From positions 159,094,001-159,158,000 of the forward strand of contig NC_086097.1 in the NCBI RefSeq assembly GCF_963921235.1: a DNA stretch of 64,000 nt, read 5' to 3'. This document shows, in pieces, positions 51,848 through 64,000 of this stretch. Position numbers and translations under genes: made by a program. Origin of the DNA: Mobula hypostoma. Taxonomy: Eukaryota. Position 1 is the first letter of the stretch. The number at the start of each line of letters is the position of its first letter. The notes below the pieces were generated by a model. That model was not told the origin of the DNA, made no database searches, and saw nothing but the letters and a program-made list of their open reading frames with translations.

Positions 51848-53568
51848 TAGAAACATAGAAACATAGAAAATAGGTGCAGGAGTAGGCCATTCGGCCCTTC
51901 GAGCCTGCACCGCCATTTATTATGATCATGGCTGATCATCCAACTCAGAACCCCGCCCCAGCCTTCCCTCCATACCCCCTGACCCCTGTAGCCACAAGGG
52001 CCATATCTAATTCCCTCTTAAACATAGCCAATGAACTGGCCTCAACAGTTTGCTGTGGCAGAGAATTCCACAGATTCACCACTCTCTGTGTGAAGAAGTT
52101 TTTCCTAATCTCGGTCCTAAAAGGCTTCCCCTCTATCCTCAAACTGTGACCCCTCGTTCTGGACTTCCCCAACATCGGGAACAATCTTCCTGCATCTAGC
52201 CTGTCCAATCCCTTTAGGATCTTATACGTTTCAATCAGATCCCCCCTCAATCTTCTAAATTCCAACGAGTACAAGCCCAGTTCATCCAGTCTTTCTTCAT
52301 ATGAAAGTCCTGCCATCCCAGGAATCAATCTGGTGAACCTTCTTTGTACTCCCTCTATGGCAAAGATGTCTTTCCTCAGATTAGGGGACCAAAACTGCAC
52401 ACAATACTCCAGGTGTGGTCTCACCAAGGCCTTGTACAACTGCAGTAGTACCTCCCTGCTCCTGTACTCGAATCCTCTCGCTATAAATGCCAGCATACCA
52501 TTCGCCTTTTTCACCGCCTGCTGTACCTGCATGCCCACTTTCAATGACTGGTGTATAATGACACCCAGGTCTCGTTGCACCTCCCCTTTTCCTAATCGGC
52601 CACCATTCAGATAATAATCTGTTTTCCTATTTTTGCCACCAAAGTGGATAACTTCACATTTATCCACATTAAATTGCATCTGCCATGAGTTTGCCCACTC
52701 ACCCAACCTATCCAAGTCATCCTGCATCCTCTTAGCATCCTCCTCACTGCTAACACTGCCACCCAGCTTCATGTCATCCGCAAACTTGGAGATGCTGCAT
52801 TTAATTCCCTCATCCAAGTCATTAATATATATTGTAAACAACTGGGGTCCCAGCACTGAGCCTTGCGGTACCCCACTAGTCACCGCCTGCCATTCTGAAA
52901 AGGTCCCGTTTAGTCCCACTCTTTGCTTCCTGTCTGCTAACCAATTCTCCACCCACACCAATACCTTACCTCCAATACCGTGTGCTTTAAGTTTGCACAC
53001 TAATCTCCTGTGTGGGACCCTGTCAAAAGCCTTTTGAAAATCCAAATATACCACATCCACTGGTTCTCCCCTATCCACTCTACTAGTTACATCCTCAAAA
53101 AATTCTATGAGATTCGTCAGACATGATTTTCCTTTCACAAATCCATGCTGACTTTGTCCGATCATTTCACCACTTTCCAAATGTGCTGTTATCACATCCT
53201 TGATAACTGACTCCAGCAATTTCCCCACCACCGACGTTAGGCTAACCGGTCTATAATTCCCTGGTTTCTCTCTCCCTCCTTTTTTAAAAAGTGGGGTTCC
53301 AATCCTCAGGAACTAGTCCAGAATCTAACGAGTTTTGAAAAATTATCACTAATACATCCACTATTTCTTGGGCTACTTCCTTAAGCACTCTAGGATGCAG
53401 ACCATCTGGCCCTGGGGATTTATCTGCCTTCAATCCCTTCAATTTACCTAACACCACTTCCCTACTAACATGTATTTCACTCAGTTCCTCCATCTCACTG
53501 GACCCTCTGTCCCTTACTATTTCTGGAAGATTATTTATGTCCTCCTTAGTGAAGACAGAACCAAAGTA
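51848..53568 (-). mobile_element. Young 5'-truncated CR1 with 6-bp TSD
   Basis: (CATAGAAA)n tail; ATGACA at 51842-51847 and 53569-53574. Confidence 0.93.
51945..53231 (-). CDS. CR1 ORF2 reverse transcriptase domain and C-terminus (428 aa open, 5'-truncated element)
   Basis: QHGFVKGKSCLTNL, YLDFQKAFD, SGVPQGSVLGP, FADD, LEYCVQFWSP; no endonuclease domain. Confidence 0.85.
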   Translation of the reverse strand: MVGKLLESVIKDVITAHLESGEMIGQSQHGFVKGKSCLTNLIEFFEDVTSRVDRGEPVDVVYLDFQKAFDRVPHRRLVCKLKAHGIGGKVLVWVENWLADRKQRVGLNGTFSEWQAVTSGVPQGSVLGPQLFTIYINDLDEGIKCSISKFADDMKLGGSVSSEEDAKRMQDDLDRLGEWANSWQMQFNVDKCEVIHFGGKNRKTDYYLNGGRLGKGEVQRDLGVIIHQSLKVGMQVQQAVKKANGMLAFIARGFEYRSREVLLQLYKALVRPHLEYCVQFWSPNLRKDIFAIEGVQRRFTRLIPGMAGLSYEERLDELGLYSLEFRRLRGDLIETYKILKGLDRLDAGRLFPMLGKSRTRGHSLRIEGKPFRTEIRKNFFTQRVVNLWNSLPQQTVEASSLAMFKRELDMALVATGVRGYGGKAGAGF

Positions 53569-55089
53569 ATGACACATCTATAGAAGTTTGTCAAAATTTT
53601 AGATGTCATGATGAAACTCCACAGACTCCTCCGGAAGTAGAGGCACTACCGTGCTTTCTTTGCAATTGCACTTATGTGCGGAGCCCAGGACATGTCCTCT
53701 GAAATAGTAACACCCAGCGATTTTAAATTTGCTAACCCTCTCCATCTCTGATCCTCCAATGAAAACTGGGTCCTGGATCTCAGGTTTCCCTCTCCTAACA
53801 TCTACAATCAGTTCTTTGGTCTTGCTGACATTGTGTGAGAGGTTGTTGTTATGACACCTCTCTGCCAAATTTTTCATTCTCCCTTTTGTATGCTGATTCA
53901 TCACTACCTTTGATTCAGCCCACAAGAGCTGTGTCATCAGCAAACGTGAATATGGTATTGGAGCTGTGCTTAGCCACACAGTCATAGGTCTAAAGCAAGT
54001 AGAGCAGGGGGCTAAGCACACAGCCCTGTGATGCACCTGTGCTGATGGAGATTGTGGAGGAGTTATTTCCAATCTTTTATGAAGAAGCAAGTTTTTATGA
54101 AGGCTGTGAAGGTCTACATGGTGTTGCACCATTCAATAGCCACATCCAGTTGTTTGTTACATATAAGAAGCAGCATTGTGCTCGACTGATTATGCTGTCA
54201 TCAACATATTAGGCACAGAGAGACACCTAGAAGAAAAACCCCATGCTGAGATTATTGCAGCAATTCCATGACTTCACTTGATGATTGCTGTTTTCATAGA
54301 AGTTGTATTGTGTAGTGTACATAAATATGACATGTTAAGACTGAATTTTTACGTCTGAGAATAAATAGTTTGCACAATTTCTAATGGATGAAGAGGTTAA
54401 TTGCCCCAAAGAAGTGCATTTGCTTTTATTTGTCATTGAAAGATTGACCTGAACTACGTCAAGTCTGCATCAGCGCTTTCAATCACGAAGTTAGTTCCTT
54501 TCCTGAAAGGCGTGATAGCTGATGAATATGAAATAAGCTGAATTTCAGCTTATGCCACTTACTTTTCAAAAGGCTTTTAAAAATTTGCCTAAAAGCCTGC
54601 AGTAAACTGTGATCAGAAACACTAAAAGCAAAAGCCAGAAACTAAAGGAAGTAATAATTGTATATCAAATCACAAACAAGAGAAAATCTGCAGATGCTGG
54701 AAATCTGAGCCACACACATAAAATACTGGAGGGTTGCAGCTAAAAAACTTATTCTGTACTTTTCCTAGATGCTGCCTGGCCAGCATTTTGTCTGTGATGC
54801 TTTCTTTAATAATTATATATCATCATTCCAAGCCTTTGTTTGCAAATTGATACAGTATGGAGAAGTTTAAATTATGTCACCTTGAAGATTTTTTGAGCAA
54901 AGAGAATTAAACAAAAACCCTAATATCAACAACCTGCGTCACTTCTTTTACTGAATTTATTATCTGCTTCTCAAGAAGATATGGGCCAAACACGGGCAAA
55001 TGTGACTCGCTTAGATTGGAATCTTGGTCGTCATGTACAAGTTGGCCTAATGGCTTGTTGCCTTACTGTATGACTCCTTAACTCTCCAA

Positions 55090-56120
55090 TAATAGAAGGA
55101 TAAATAGGCCACTCAGTCCCTAGAACCTGCTCTCCTGTTCAATAAAATCATGGTTGATCTTTTACCTCAGTACCTATTTACTGCACTAACCAAGCATCCC
55201 TTGACCTTGTAATTAAAAATCTGTTACTGTCTGTCTTGATGTATATTCAGTAACTAAGACTCCACAGCCCTCTTAGGTAATGAATTCCAAAGATTTACCT
55301 CCCACTGGATGGAGAATTTTTTTTCATCTTTTCTCTAAATAACCATCCCTTCATTTGTAGGCTGTGACCCCTGGTTCTAAACCCCTGCCAGGGGAAACAT
55401 CAAATCCACATTTAGCCTTACAACCTGTATGAAAAGATATCAATCTGATTAAAGAGTACACAGATGTTGATGGGCTTGAGGACCTGAATTATAGGGAATA
55501 GTTGAATAGGTTAGGAATTTTTTTCCTAGAATGTAGGAGAATGAGGGTAGATTTGATAGATATACAAAATTATGAGTGGTAACTCTGCCATGGATGCTCC
55601 TAAGCCAGACTGCGAAAGGAGGAGGGTTGGGCATGGGGAGTAACCCCACGCCATTATAACCCTGAGCTACAGAAACACTATCATAGGCTCCAAAGGCCTT
55701 ATCCCTGGGAGAGGAAGGATTTTTGGGCTACACCTGGGGACAACTTGAAAGACTGTGCAAGCTGCTGTTGGTGGATGATGTCCCAGAAGGGCGATGGGCA
55801 TAAGAAAAAGATAAATGGGACAAAGCAGGCTTTTTCCACTGAGGTTGGGTGAGTCTAGAACTAGAAATCATAGGCTAAGGGTGAAAGGTGAAATATTTAA
55901 GGGGTCCTGAGGGGGGAGCTTCTTCATTCAGAGTTTGGTGAGAATGGAGCTGAGCTGTCAGTGGAAGTGGTGGATATGGTTCAATTGCATCTTTTAAGAG
56001 ATGTTTTGATAAGTACTTGGCTGGGAGGGATATGGAGGTCGTGATATAGGTCAATGGGACTAGGCAGAAAAACAGTTCGGCACAGACTCGGTGGGCCAAA
56101 GGGTCTGTTTATGTGCGATC
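55090..56120. mobile_element. Back-to-back CR1 3' fragments (- then +); the + copy carries an RTE-like insert at ~55581-55810
   Basis: CR1 motifs on both strands; insert has GAGGGTTGGGCATGGGG and a TAAG-type end. Confidence 0.6.
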
Positions 56121-56401
56121 TAGAGATTATATCTTAGTCTCGACAATTTCTCTTCATATGAGAAATCTGCCCTACCAGGAAACAATCTCCTAAGAAAAAG
56201 AAATTTTAAAAAGCTAATATATAATGCACAATTGTGTAACATTGCATAACATTTTGTGCATGCAAAGTGAAATAAAGAGAAAGTCTTTAATTTTACAAGA
56301 AACACTATTTTACTTCCTGGAAGTCCCAAAGTGCACTGTTAATTGAAGTACTGTAGAAGTAATAATATTAGAAACTCATCTTTGCTGGGTGTTGAATTTC
56401 A

Positions 56402-56820
56402 ATAGACAATAATAGACAATAGGCGCAGAAGTAGACTATTCGGCCCTTCGAGCCTGCACCGCCATTCTGAGATCATGGATGATCATCTACTATCAATACC
56501 CGGTTCCTGCCTTGTCCCCATAACCCTTGATTCCCCTATCCATAAGATACCTATCTAGCTCCTTCTTGAAAGCATCCAGAGAATTGGCCTCCACTGCTTT
56601 CTGAAGCAGCGCGTTCCACGCCTCCACAACTCTCTGGGAGAAGAAGTTCCTCCTCAACTCTGTCCTAAATGACCTACCCCTTATTCTTAAACCATGCCCT
56701 CTGGTACTGGACTCTCCCAACATCTGGAACATATTTCCTGCCTCTATCTTGTCCAATCCCTTAATAATCTTATATGTCTCAATCAGATCCCCAATAATGT
56801 TATATGTCTCAATCAGATCC
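56402..56820 (-). mobile_element. CR1 3' fragment with (ATTGTCT)n-type tail
   Basis: GDLIETYKIIKGLD..NFFSQRVVEAWNAL. Confidence 0.88.
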
Positions 56821-57709
56821 CACAAATGATTTCAATCAGATTTCCACAAATGATTTCCTATGTAATCCTGGCTAAAGACATTATAACCTCAGAACCTACA
56901 AAATTAAATTCAGCTTCATTTTAATTCACTAACAAGGCAAGTAATTCTAAATGGAAAATTCTTTCTTACAGTTGGCATTGACATGTTGGGCGGAGTGGCT
57001 TCCTTCTAATCAATGACTATGTATTATTGATTATGAGAACATCTAGACTCTAGAGGCAAAACACAGGAGGTCAACAGAAAGTGATTAGATCAAACATTTT
57101 ATTTCTCCCCAAGTACAGTAGGAAATTCCTAAGTCTGACTGGGTTGTAGATGATTCAAACATTTATTATTAATGCTCTTTAAATGAAAAGACTGCTGTTG
57201 ATGGCTATTCTGAGTTTTCTGGTGTCTCTCAATGTAAGCATGCAGAATAACTAACCTCGTGGCCCCAAAACAGCAGACAATTTGCAGCCAGTGTATTTTA
57301 AGCATAAAGCACCATGAAATAGAAAGGAGTAGAACCAAATAGGATGCAAGTTGTATTTGAAAAGCTGTGCTTCACCAATTCCATCTAGTTCTATTGCTAA
57401 TCTGACCAGCTGTTAGGTATGCTGGTGTGAGAGCTGAAATAACAGGAGCAACTGCAGTCTTGGAGTGGTGTGAAGTGTTTTTGTTTCAGCCTGATGCCTG
57501 TTCTTTATGCCTGCACAAATAATTTGGCACACAACTTGCATTTGCTGCAACAATAGTGAAACTTTCATATTTGTTTGCATGAGTGAAATTGTACAGTAGT
57601 CACTGGATATTCATGCATGCAGAATTTTACATGGAAATCCAAAAGTTACTCTAAGTAATTCGGCATGTACACTGTGTATCCCTTGTGCAGTTTTCTCCAT
57701 TGTGATTGA

Positions 57710-58530
57710 ACAAAATCAAAGGCAAGTTTATTGTAATATGCAGAGATGTAATGAAAAACTTACTCGCAGCAGAGTTACAAGCATATGGCATCATATAAGT
57801 AGCATTCACAAGAGAAAAACGTAAATTACACATAAATTAAATTGTTAAATTAGTTTATTATGGCCACATACACTGATGAATAGTGAAAAACGTGTGCATA
57901 CTGGCCATGCAGAGTACTGAGGTAGTAGAAGATAAAACAAAAATACAACACAGAATAAAGAGTTACAGTACAGAGAAAGTACAGTGTAGAAAGCGTCTGT
58001 GGAAGAAGGTTGCTTTCCATGATGTGCTTAGCTGTATCCGCAGTCCTCTGCAATTTCTTGCAGTTATTGGCAGAACAATTGCATTATCAAGCATTTGGAC
58101 AGGATTCATTGTAAGGTGCATTGATAATAATTGGTGAAGGTCGATGTTTGATTGATTGAATGTCGATGATAATTGGTGAATGTTACCGGATCTCTGTCTT
58201 CTTTCTGTGCTCCATCTTATTGTTACTAGAGGTTCAGCCCACTATGGTGGTGTCATCTGCAAATTTGTAGATGGAGTTAGAGCAGAATCTGGCCACGTAG
58301 TCATGAGCATACAGTGAGTGGAGTAGGCCTTGTGGGGCACTAGTACTGAGAATAATCGTGGCAGAGATATTGTTGCTTATTCTTACAGTTGGTCAGGAAG
58401 TCAAGGATCTAGTTGCAAATAGAGGTATTGGGTCTCAGGCTTAGCAGTCTGGAAATTAGTTTGCTTACAATTATAATATCAAAGGGAGAGGTGTAGTCAA
58501 TAAACAATAGTCTAACATATACATAATTTT
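57710..58530 (-). mobile_element. Decayed Rex1-type fragments
   Basis: GGTGGTGTCATCTGCAAATTTGTAG (KFADDTT on the minus strand) and 3' UTR-like sequence. Confidence 0.55.
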
Positions 58531-61500
58531 ATTTATATATATTTCAGGTAGTTGAGAATTAGTCAGGTTTATCTAATCTGAACATCTTATGAATTGTCAC
58601 TTTAGTTCTAAGTAAACTTCCAAAACAAACTAAACCATCAATGTCACTTAACAAACTAGCTGGCCCTAAAAATACTGATTTCATGTATGTGTGATTTCAG
58701 TTGTTTAAGTTAGAGAAGCCTGCAGTATATAAATGCAACTTTGTCTGTTTTCCAAAAGTGATGACATGGGTGGCCATGAGAATGATGCTTCCTGTAACCA
58801 ACTCCACCGAGCCTAGTGTTACCCAAGCGATCCAGGAATCCAGACCTAGGTCATCTTGGATGGGTGCTCACAAGGAGCACAATGAGAATTGCTCTCTACA
58901 ACATCAATGACAGTGTAGAAATCTCAAAGAGCTGCATTAGAATCCGACACTACTCTTCTGTATTCAATATTCTGCTTACGGATTTAAGTCTAGAAACCTC
59001 TGGCTCACAGGCGAGAGTGCTACCTGCTGATCCATAATGACTCAATCCTCACTCCATCCATACAGACTTAATACACAACTCATCTGGCTGAACTGATTCC
59101 AGGGAAATGAGCAGGCTAAAATGAAAGCTGCAAATCGCAAATACCTTACAGATGCGGGGTAGATCCATATGGATTCTGCTGATGAGCTTGGACTTTATCC
59201 AAAATGCCTGTAGCTCTATTACCACCATTATAGACTTGTGGGAGAAATGACATTCTTCTCCAGAACAGTAAATTTGTGGACTTCACAGGTGTGTAAGCTC
59301 AATAATTGTAGGTTGGCTTCTGTCTCAGGTACTTCAGTTTAAAAAAAGAATTTTCTTTTTCCAGCTTTGGGTAATTATCTACTGAAGTTAATTCAAATTA
59401 ATCATTGTTAAATAATTCTCCTAATTAACCATCACATTGCACTGCAAGGAATAGCAGAAGAAAATTAAAGACTGTCAAACTCCAGTGAAAATTTCAATGT
59501 TTGAACAGTATATTCAAGACCATATTCTTCCTTCCATATATACAGTAAATAATTTCTTTTTTTGATATAATCAAATGGCATTTCCAGAGTTAAAAATTTC
59601 AGACCTTGGCTGATGGAGATGTGATTCTACTTGAGTTATTCGTGGAAACTATCTGAATATTTCATGAGTTTAAGTATAATTGGAATGATGGAATTATGCT
59701 TTGAACCATCAGTATGTTAAAAGCTTCAGAGATTATTTGCTCTGACTTTGCTAAATTGGACGAGACTGATGATGACTCTGTTACATTTAGGTAAAACTAT
59801 CTCATATTTGATAAACAAGCAAAAAGGCTTGATGCATGTTGATGTAAAAGCTGACATATTTGGAGTTAATTGAAAGAGTAAATACCGGAAGGTTTAAAGT
59901 GGAAAGGATTACTCAGATACTTATCCATTTTCACAATGCAAATGCATGCAAAAAAAGGCCTCCTGATCTGAGAAGTAATGTGCTTTGGAAAGTTTTGACT
60001 GATGTGTCAACATGGAAAGAAATCTAACCACACCTTTACAGCACTACTTGATTGGTAGACAAAGCAGCAGACAGCCATGGAAAGCATGGCCATTCCAAAG
60101 CTGTCTGTTATGAAGCCATCAATAAAAAAGGCTGTCAGCAAGCAAATTCTCCTAGTGGCTTGATTGGAGCAGAAGACATCCGGAGTCCAGGGCTAACACT
60201 CTTTGAGTGTGCAACAACAGGGTAGAGGCAAAAGCTGTCAAGGGAAGTGAATTGTCTCTCCCGATAATTACAGATTAGTTGCAACATTGGTAGTATTGTT
60301 CCAGTGTCTTGAAGTAGCACTGAAGCATATAGGAGGGGAGGGTTCCATGAGTTTTGTGCCAGGTCCAAAGTCTTCAAATACATTTTCCCTTGATTGATCA
60401 AAAATGATGCTGGTCCATTGAAAGTGATTACCATCAATGAGAGATGACTCCCATGACATGGGAAATGGTCCGTTATTTTCTAGGTCTGTGCCATGATACA
60501 TCAGAGGGAGGCTGCTAGAGGACCTTAATCTTGTGAATATTGAGTGTAAGGCCCATCCTTTGGTCTGCTTCAGTGAACAAAATATTTGGTGACTTGGAGC
60601 TTGGTCCCACGCATGTGCTAATACAAGTTCTGATGAAGAAATTTTGTTGTAAAATGTCAACCCTTTTCTCTTTCTACACAGGCTACCTGATCTGAAGAGC
60701 ATTTCCAGCATTTTTAAAATTTTGATTTCAGATTTCCTGCACTTTTTTTCTATTTTTATTTGCAAACTGAAGTCGTTATCTGCGTGCCGCAGGAATGTGA
60801 TAATGACTGGACAAAAAACAAACTACTGGAGGAAACTCAGTGTTCAATATGTCAGGTAGCATCTATGGGGGCAGATGGATAAATGATGTTTTGGGTCAAG
60901 ACCTTGCTTCAGGACCTGCTGAATTACTCCAGCAGTTTGTTTGTTTTGCACCAGATTTCATCATCTGCAATCTCTGAGCAATTTATTTTTGAAATCCTTT
61001 ATCTCCCTACGACTAGAGTAGCTGACAGAACAGTTTGATTTCAAATAGTCATTCAGACATTTCAATGGCAAGGCTGACCTTGGAACCTCTTCTGAAATAC
61101 AAGATATTAGACTGTGATTCATATTCAAGTTTTCACCGATTTAGCATGTAGTTTATGAAAATGTTTGTTTCTTCATGTTTGTTTCCACTTGTCTCTGTGG
61201 AGCTGCGTTTATGAGCTCTGGGAAAAGAATATCCAGAGTTTTCTTTCCATTAAATATAATGATTAAAAAGAAGCAATAATCTATCTCTAATTTTCAATAA
61301 ATATTTTTTTTCCAAGTGGAGCTTCCACCCAAAGGTGTCTAAATATATAATCTTTTAGATAATGCAATCATTTATCTGGTATATATCCTTTCCAGAATAT
61401 TTGAAGGTAAAGTGCTTTTTTTTTTGTTTATTTTACAGATGGAGCACATTTATCCCTCGTCATAATTACAAGGCAAGCGGAGTAAAGCAGCCTTATGGAA

Positions 61501-61549
61501 GTGAATCATTGCCAGATCAATCAAAAATGGATTCTTCTATCAATTCCAG

Positions 61550-63735
61550 TCTCCATCTCAATTCATCACACTTTCCTTCTCTCCTGAATTAATTGTCATC
61601 ATATTCACTCCCTCCATTTAACTTTCCCCACTCACTTTATGTAGTCTCATTGTTCATGTTGCCACTATCCCAGGCAGTACACTATCTGATACTTTTCTAG
61701 GTTTCTCACCTTGACTTCCTTCCCTCTGGCAGCCCCACCTCTTGTGTCTTCCACTGGTAAATCCTCTCCCTCAATTTACTCACTTTGCCCTCTCAGAATC
61801 CCAATTGAATCTCAATCTCAATTTTTGCCCTCCACTCATTCTGATCTTTCTGCATTACTAATCTGTGAGCCACACCCTCATCTCCATTTTTAATGTACTA
61901 CCCCCACCCCCAGTTTAACCTTTAATCTCTTTAACCCTGAATGATCCCACTGATGAAGCCCTCATTTCTGACATGCCAATCTGGAAGAACAAGGTTTTGA
62001 AAGCTTAGAGTAGTCATCCAGTAGATATATTCACTGCCATTCTGGGCTGGCCACACAAAACATCTGTTATCTGACAAAGCCAGTCACTGTTCCTGGATCA
62101 TGCTAAAATGCAAACATCAGTCTTGACTCCATTTCTTCACCGGAACTGCCTGCTTAAATTTCATTTTCCTGTTTCCGAACCTTCAACTCCATCGACAACA
62201 TGGGAGACTGAGGATCTTCTTTGTCACTGAGATTGAAGCTACATTAAGCTATATTATCACTTACCCCTTCTTGGTTACCAGATATACTCTTTGGTTTCTT
62301 CTGCTTTGGACCTGAGACCTGGCCTTTCTCGTGGTTTCTTTCCTCCTTCATCCCAAACCTCTCCTGGCTCATTCTAAATCCATCTTCTACTTGTTTAGCC
62401 TGTTTCTATTTAAAGACTGATCTTACCACTTCCTTTACTGGCTTCTTCTTAATCTATAATGTCACAGACTCATATCTTCAACTCTGCCACAGTCACTCAT
62501 CTCCTCCAAATAAAAAAAATGCCACCTTGTTCCCTCTAAACAACTGGATAGTGTGGCAGTGCAGAGGATATTTCAGTTAGTAGGAGACTCTGGGATCTGA
62601 GGGCACAGCCTTGGAATAAAGGGATGTCCCTTTAGAAATGAGATGATGAGGAATTTCTTCCGTCAAAGGGTGGTGAATTTGTGGAATTCCTTGCCATAGA
62701 GGGATATGAACACCAAGTCACTGGGTGTATTTAAGGTAGAAATTGATTCTTGATTGGTGAAATTTCTAAAGCTTATGTGGAGAAGGTAGCAGAATAGGGT
62801 GGATAGAAAATGCTATGATTAAATGGTGGAACAAACACAGTGGGTCAAAATGCCTTGACCATTTGGTGTGGTCAATCATATGGTCCTTACCAATTCTCCT
62901 CCCCACTTGTCCAGCCAGGTCTGCTGGCCCTATATAGTCATAGGGATAAATGGCATCACTTCCCACTTCTGCACTATTTCTCTGAGAATCCATACATACA
63001 CAGCCTCTTGTTAGCATTGGCCAATAAGCCAGTGGAAGTTTACACATGGATGTTTGTGTTGTGTAGTTCTTCTCAAACACCTTAGAATTTTCTGTGGCTT
63101 CCAATGCTTGGTTGGCATCCAGTCTGGCTGAGAAGGTATTTCTTGCAAGTCCGTTGTTGAGGAGAATAAAGCCATTGTTACTGGTCCCTTACACAAGCTC
63201 CATTCCATGGCTTCATCCCAATGCCGCCCGATCCATCAGCAACACCCCCTGTCCCCCCATCCCCCATCCCAGCTCATCTACCACTGAAGCTATTGAACAT
63301 GTATTGACTACCTCTAACTTTGTCTATTCTTGGCTAGCCCATGATTTCAACTGTCTGTAATTCTAAATCTAAAAATTTGATTTCCCCAGTGCTTAATCGC
63401 CTGCACTGGCATTTGTTCAGCAAGACCTTGTTCTCATCTTGTTCTTAAGTCTCTCAATTGTAACTTCCCCAAATCCAACAACCCAAACACTTTTTCAATG
63501 AGCATTCCATTGGCATCCTAAACTCTTGTCTTCTTTCTCTAGTCCTCTCTGTCTCTCCTCCTCTCATTCCTCCAACATACTCAAAACCTACATCTTCAAC
63601 CAAGCTTTTGGTGATTGCCCTAATACTTTTGTAAGTGGCTTGCTGTCATACTTTGTGTGATAATACTTGTGAAGTGCCTTGAGATATTTTGTTGCATTAA
63701 AAGGTACATAATGAATACTTGTTGTTGTTATTGGA
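61550..63735 (+). mobile_element. Ancient L2 remnant with a nested CR1 3' fragment (~62545-62890)
   Basis: C/T-rich sense strand; L2-like tail GTGAAGTGCCTTGAGA..AAAGGTACATAATGAATACTTGTTGTTG. Confidence 0.5.
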
Positions 63736-64000
63736 CTGCAGAGGTGCCTACAATCTAAGAAAACTGAAAGAGTTGACATTAAATTAGGACTAGAAAAGAA
63801 TACCTTCACACATGAAAGCAGCATTTGCTTTGGTTAGCACCTTTCTTTCTAATACATCTAGAATAATTAATAGCTCTGCATATACTTAGGATGTAAAGCA
63901 CTTGACCCTTGCATTAGATTTAGAAGCAAAGGTGGGATATTCTAAGAGACAACCAATCCTCTGAGAAGTAATCATCATATTGAAGACACTTACTGTCTGA

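Larger units (their letters stand above)
51255..54075 (-). mobile_element. Rex1/Babar-type LINE (RT to 3' end) split by a CR1 insertion
   Basis: CHNNNLSHNVSKTKELIVD (53599-54132 ORF); HHLGHALFSLL (51590-51784 ORF). Confidence 0.8.

Noticed and set aside
59145..59340. Possible minus-strand exon ending in GTAAGG
   Set aside because: No good acceptor in an open frame; peptide not recognised.
60135..60765. 100-aa and 165-aa minus-strand ORFs
   Set aside because: They run through a pLTR arm and decayed repeat sequence, and show no recognisable domain.
61359..61445. AG|48 nt|GTAAAG followed by a second acceptor
   Set aside because: The next intron would be only ~30 nt, and the peptides are not recognisable.
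1..64000. CRISPR arrays, retrons, operons or other prokaryotic systems; tRNA/rRNA genes
   Set aside because: The sequence is a vertebrate repeat landscape. All RT motifs are non-LTR retrotransposon type, and tRNA-like boxes occur only as SINE heads.

Overview
Vertebrate genomic DNA, most likely from a cartilaginous fish (shark/ray lineage). This is inferred from the repeat content: CR1/HER1-type LINEs with (TTTCTATG)n and (TTCTATGG)n tails, V-SINE/HE1-like SINEs and Penelope-type elements. The window is AT-rich and looks intronic or intergenic, and I can support no host protein-coding gene (only weak micro-exon candidates). Every recognisable ORF in the track is a transposon fragment or an antisense shadow of one. 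Elements present: many CR1 copies (one young copy with an uninterrupted 428-aa RT ORF), Rex1/Babar-type LINE ends, a ~3-kb decayed L2, a full-length decayed Tc1 (DD34E), a Tc1-type MITE, a HERO-like RLE fragment, SINEs and two Penelope-like families. The most interesting signal is a set of Penelope-derived fold-back elements with minimal hammerhead ribozyme motifs (CUGANGA..GAAACGUC). These include a young 634-bp hairpin insertion with a perfect 13-bp target-site duplication and opposed hammerheads (43574-44207), a 368-bp palindrome that also duplicates apparently non-element DNA (42561-42928), and a hammerhead-flanked Penelope split by about 3.3 kb of nested insertions (4925-8830). Coordinates of old, decayed repeats are approximate; family names come from motif recognition, not database searches.
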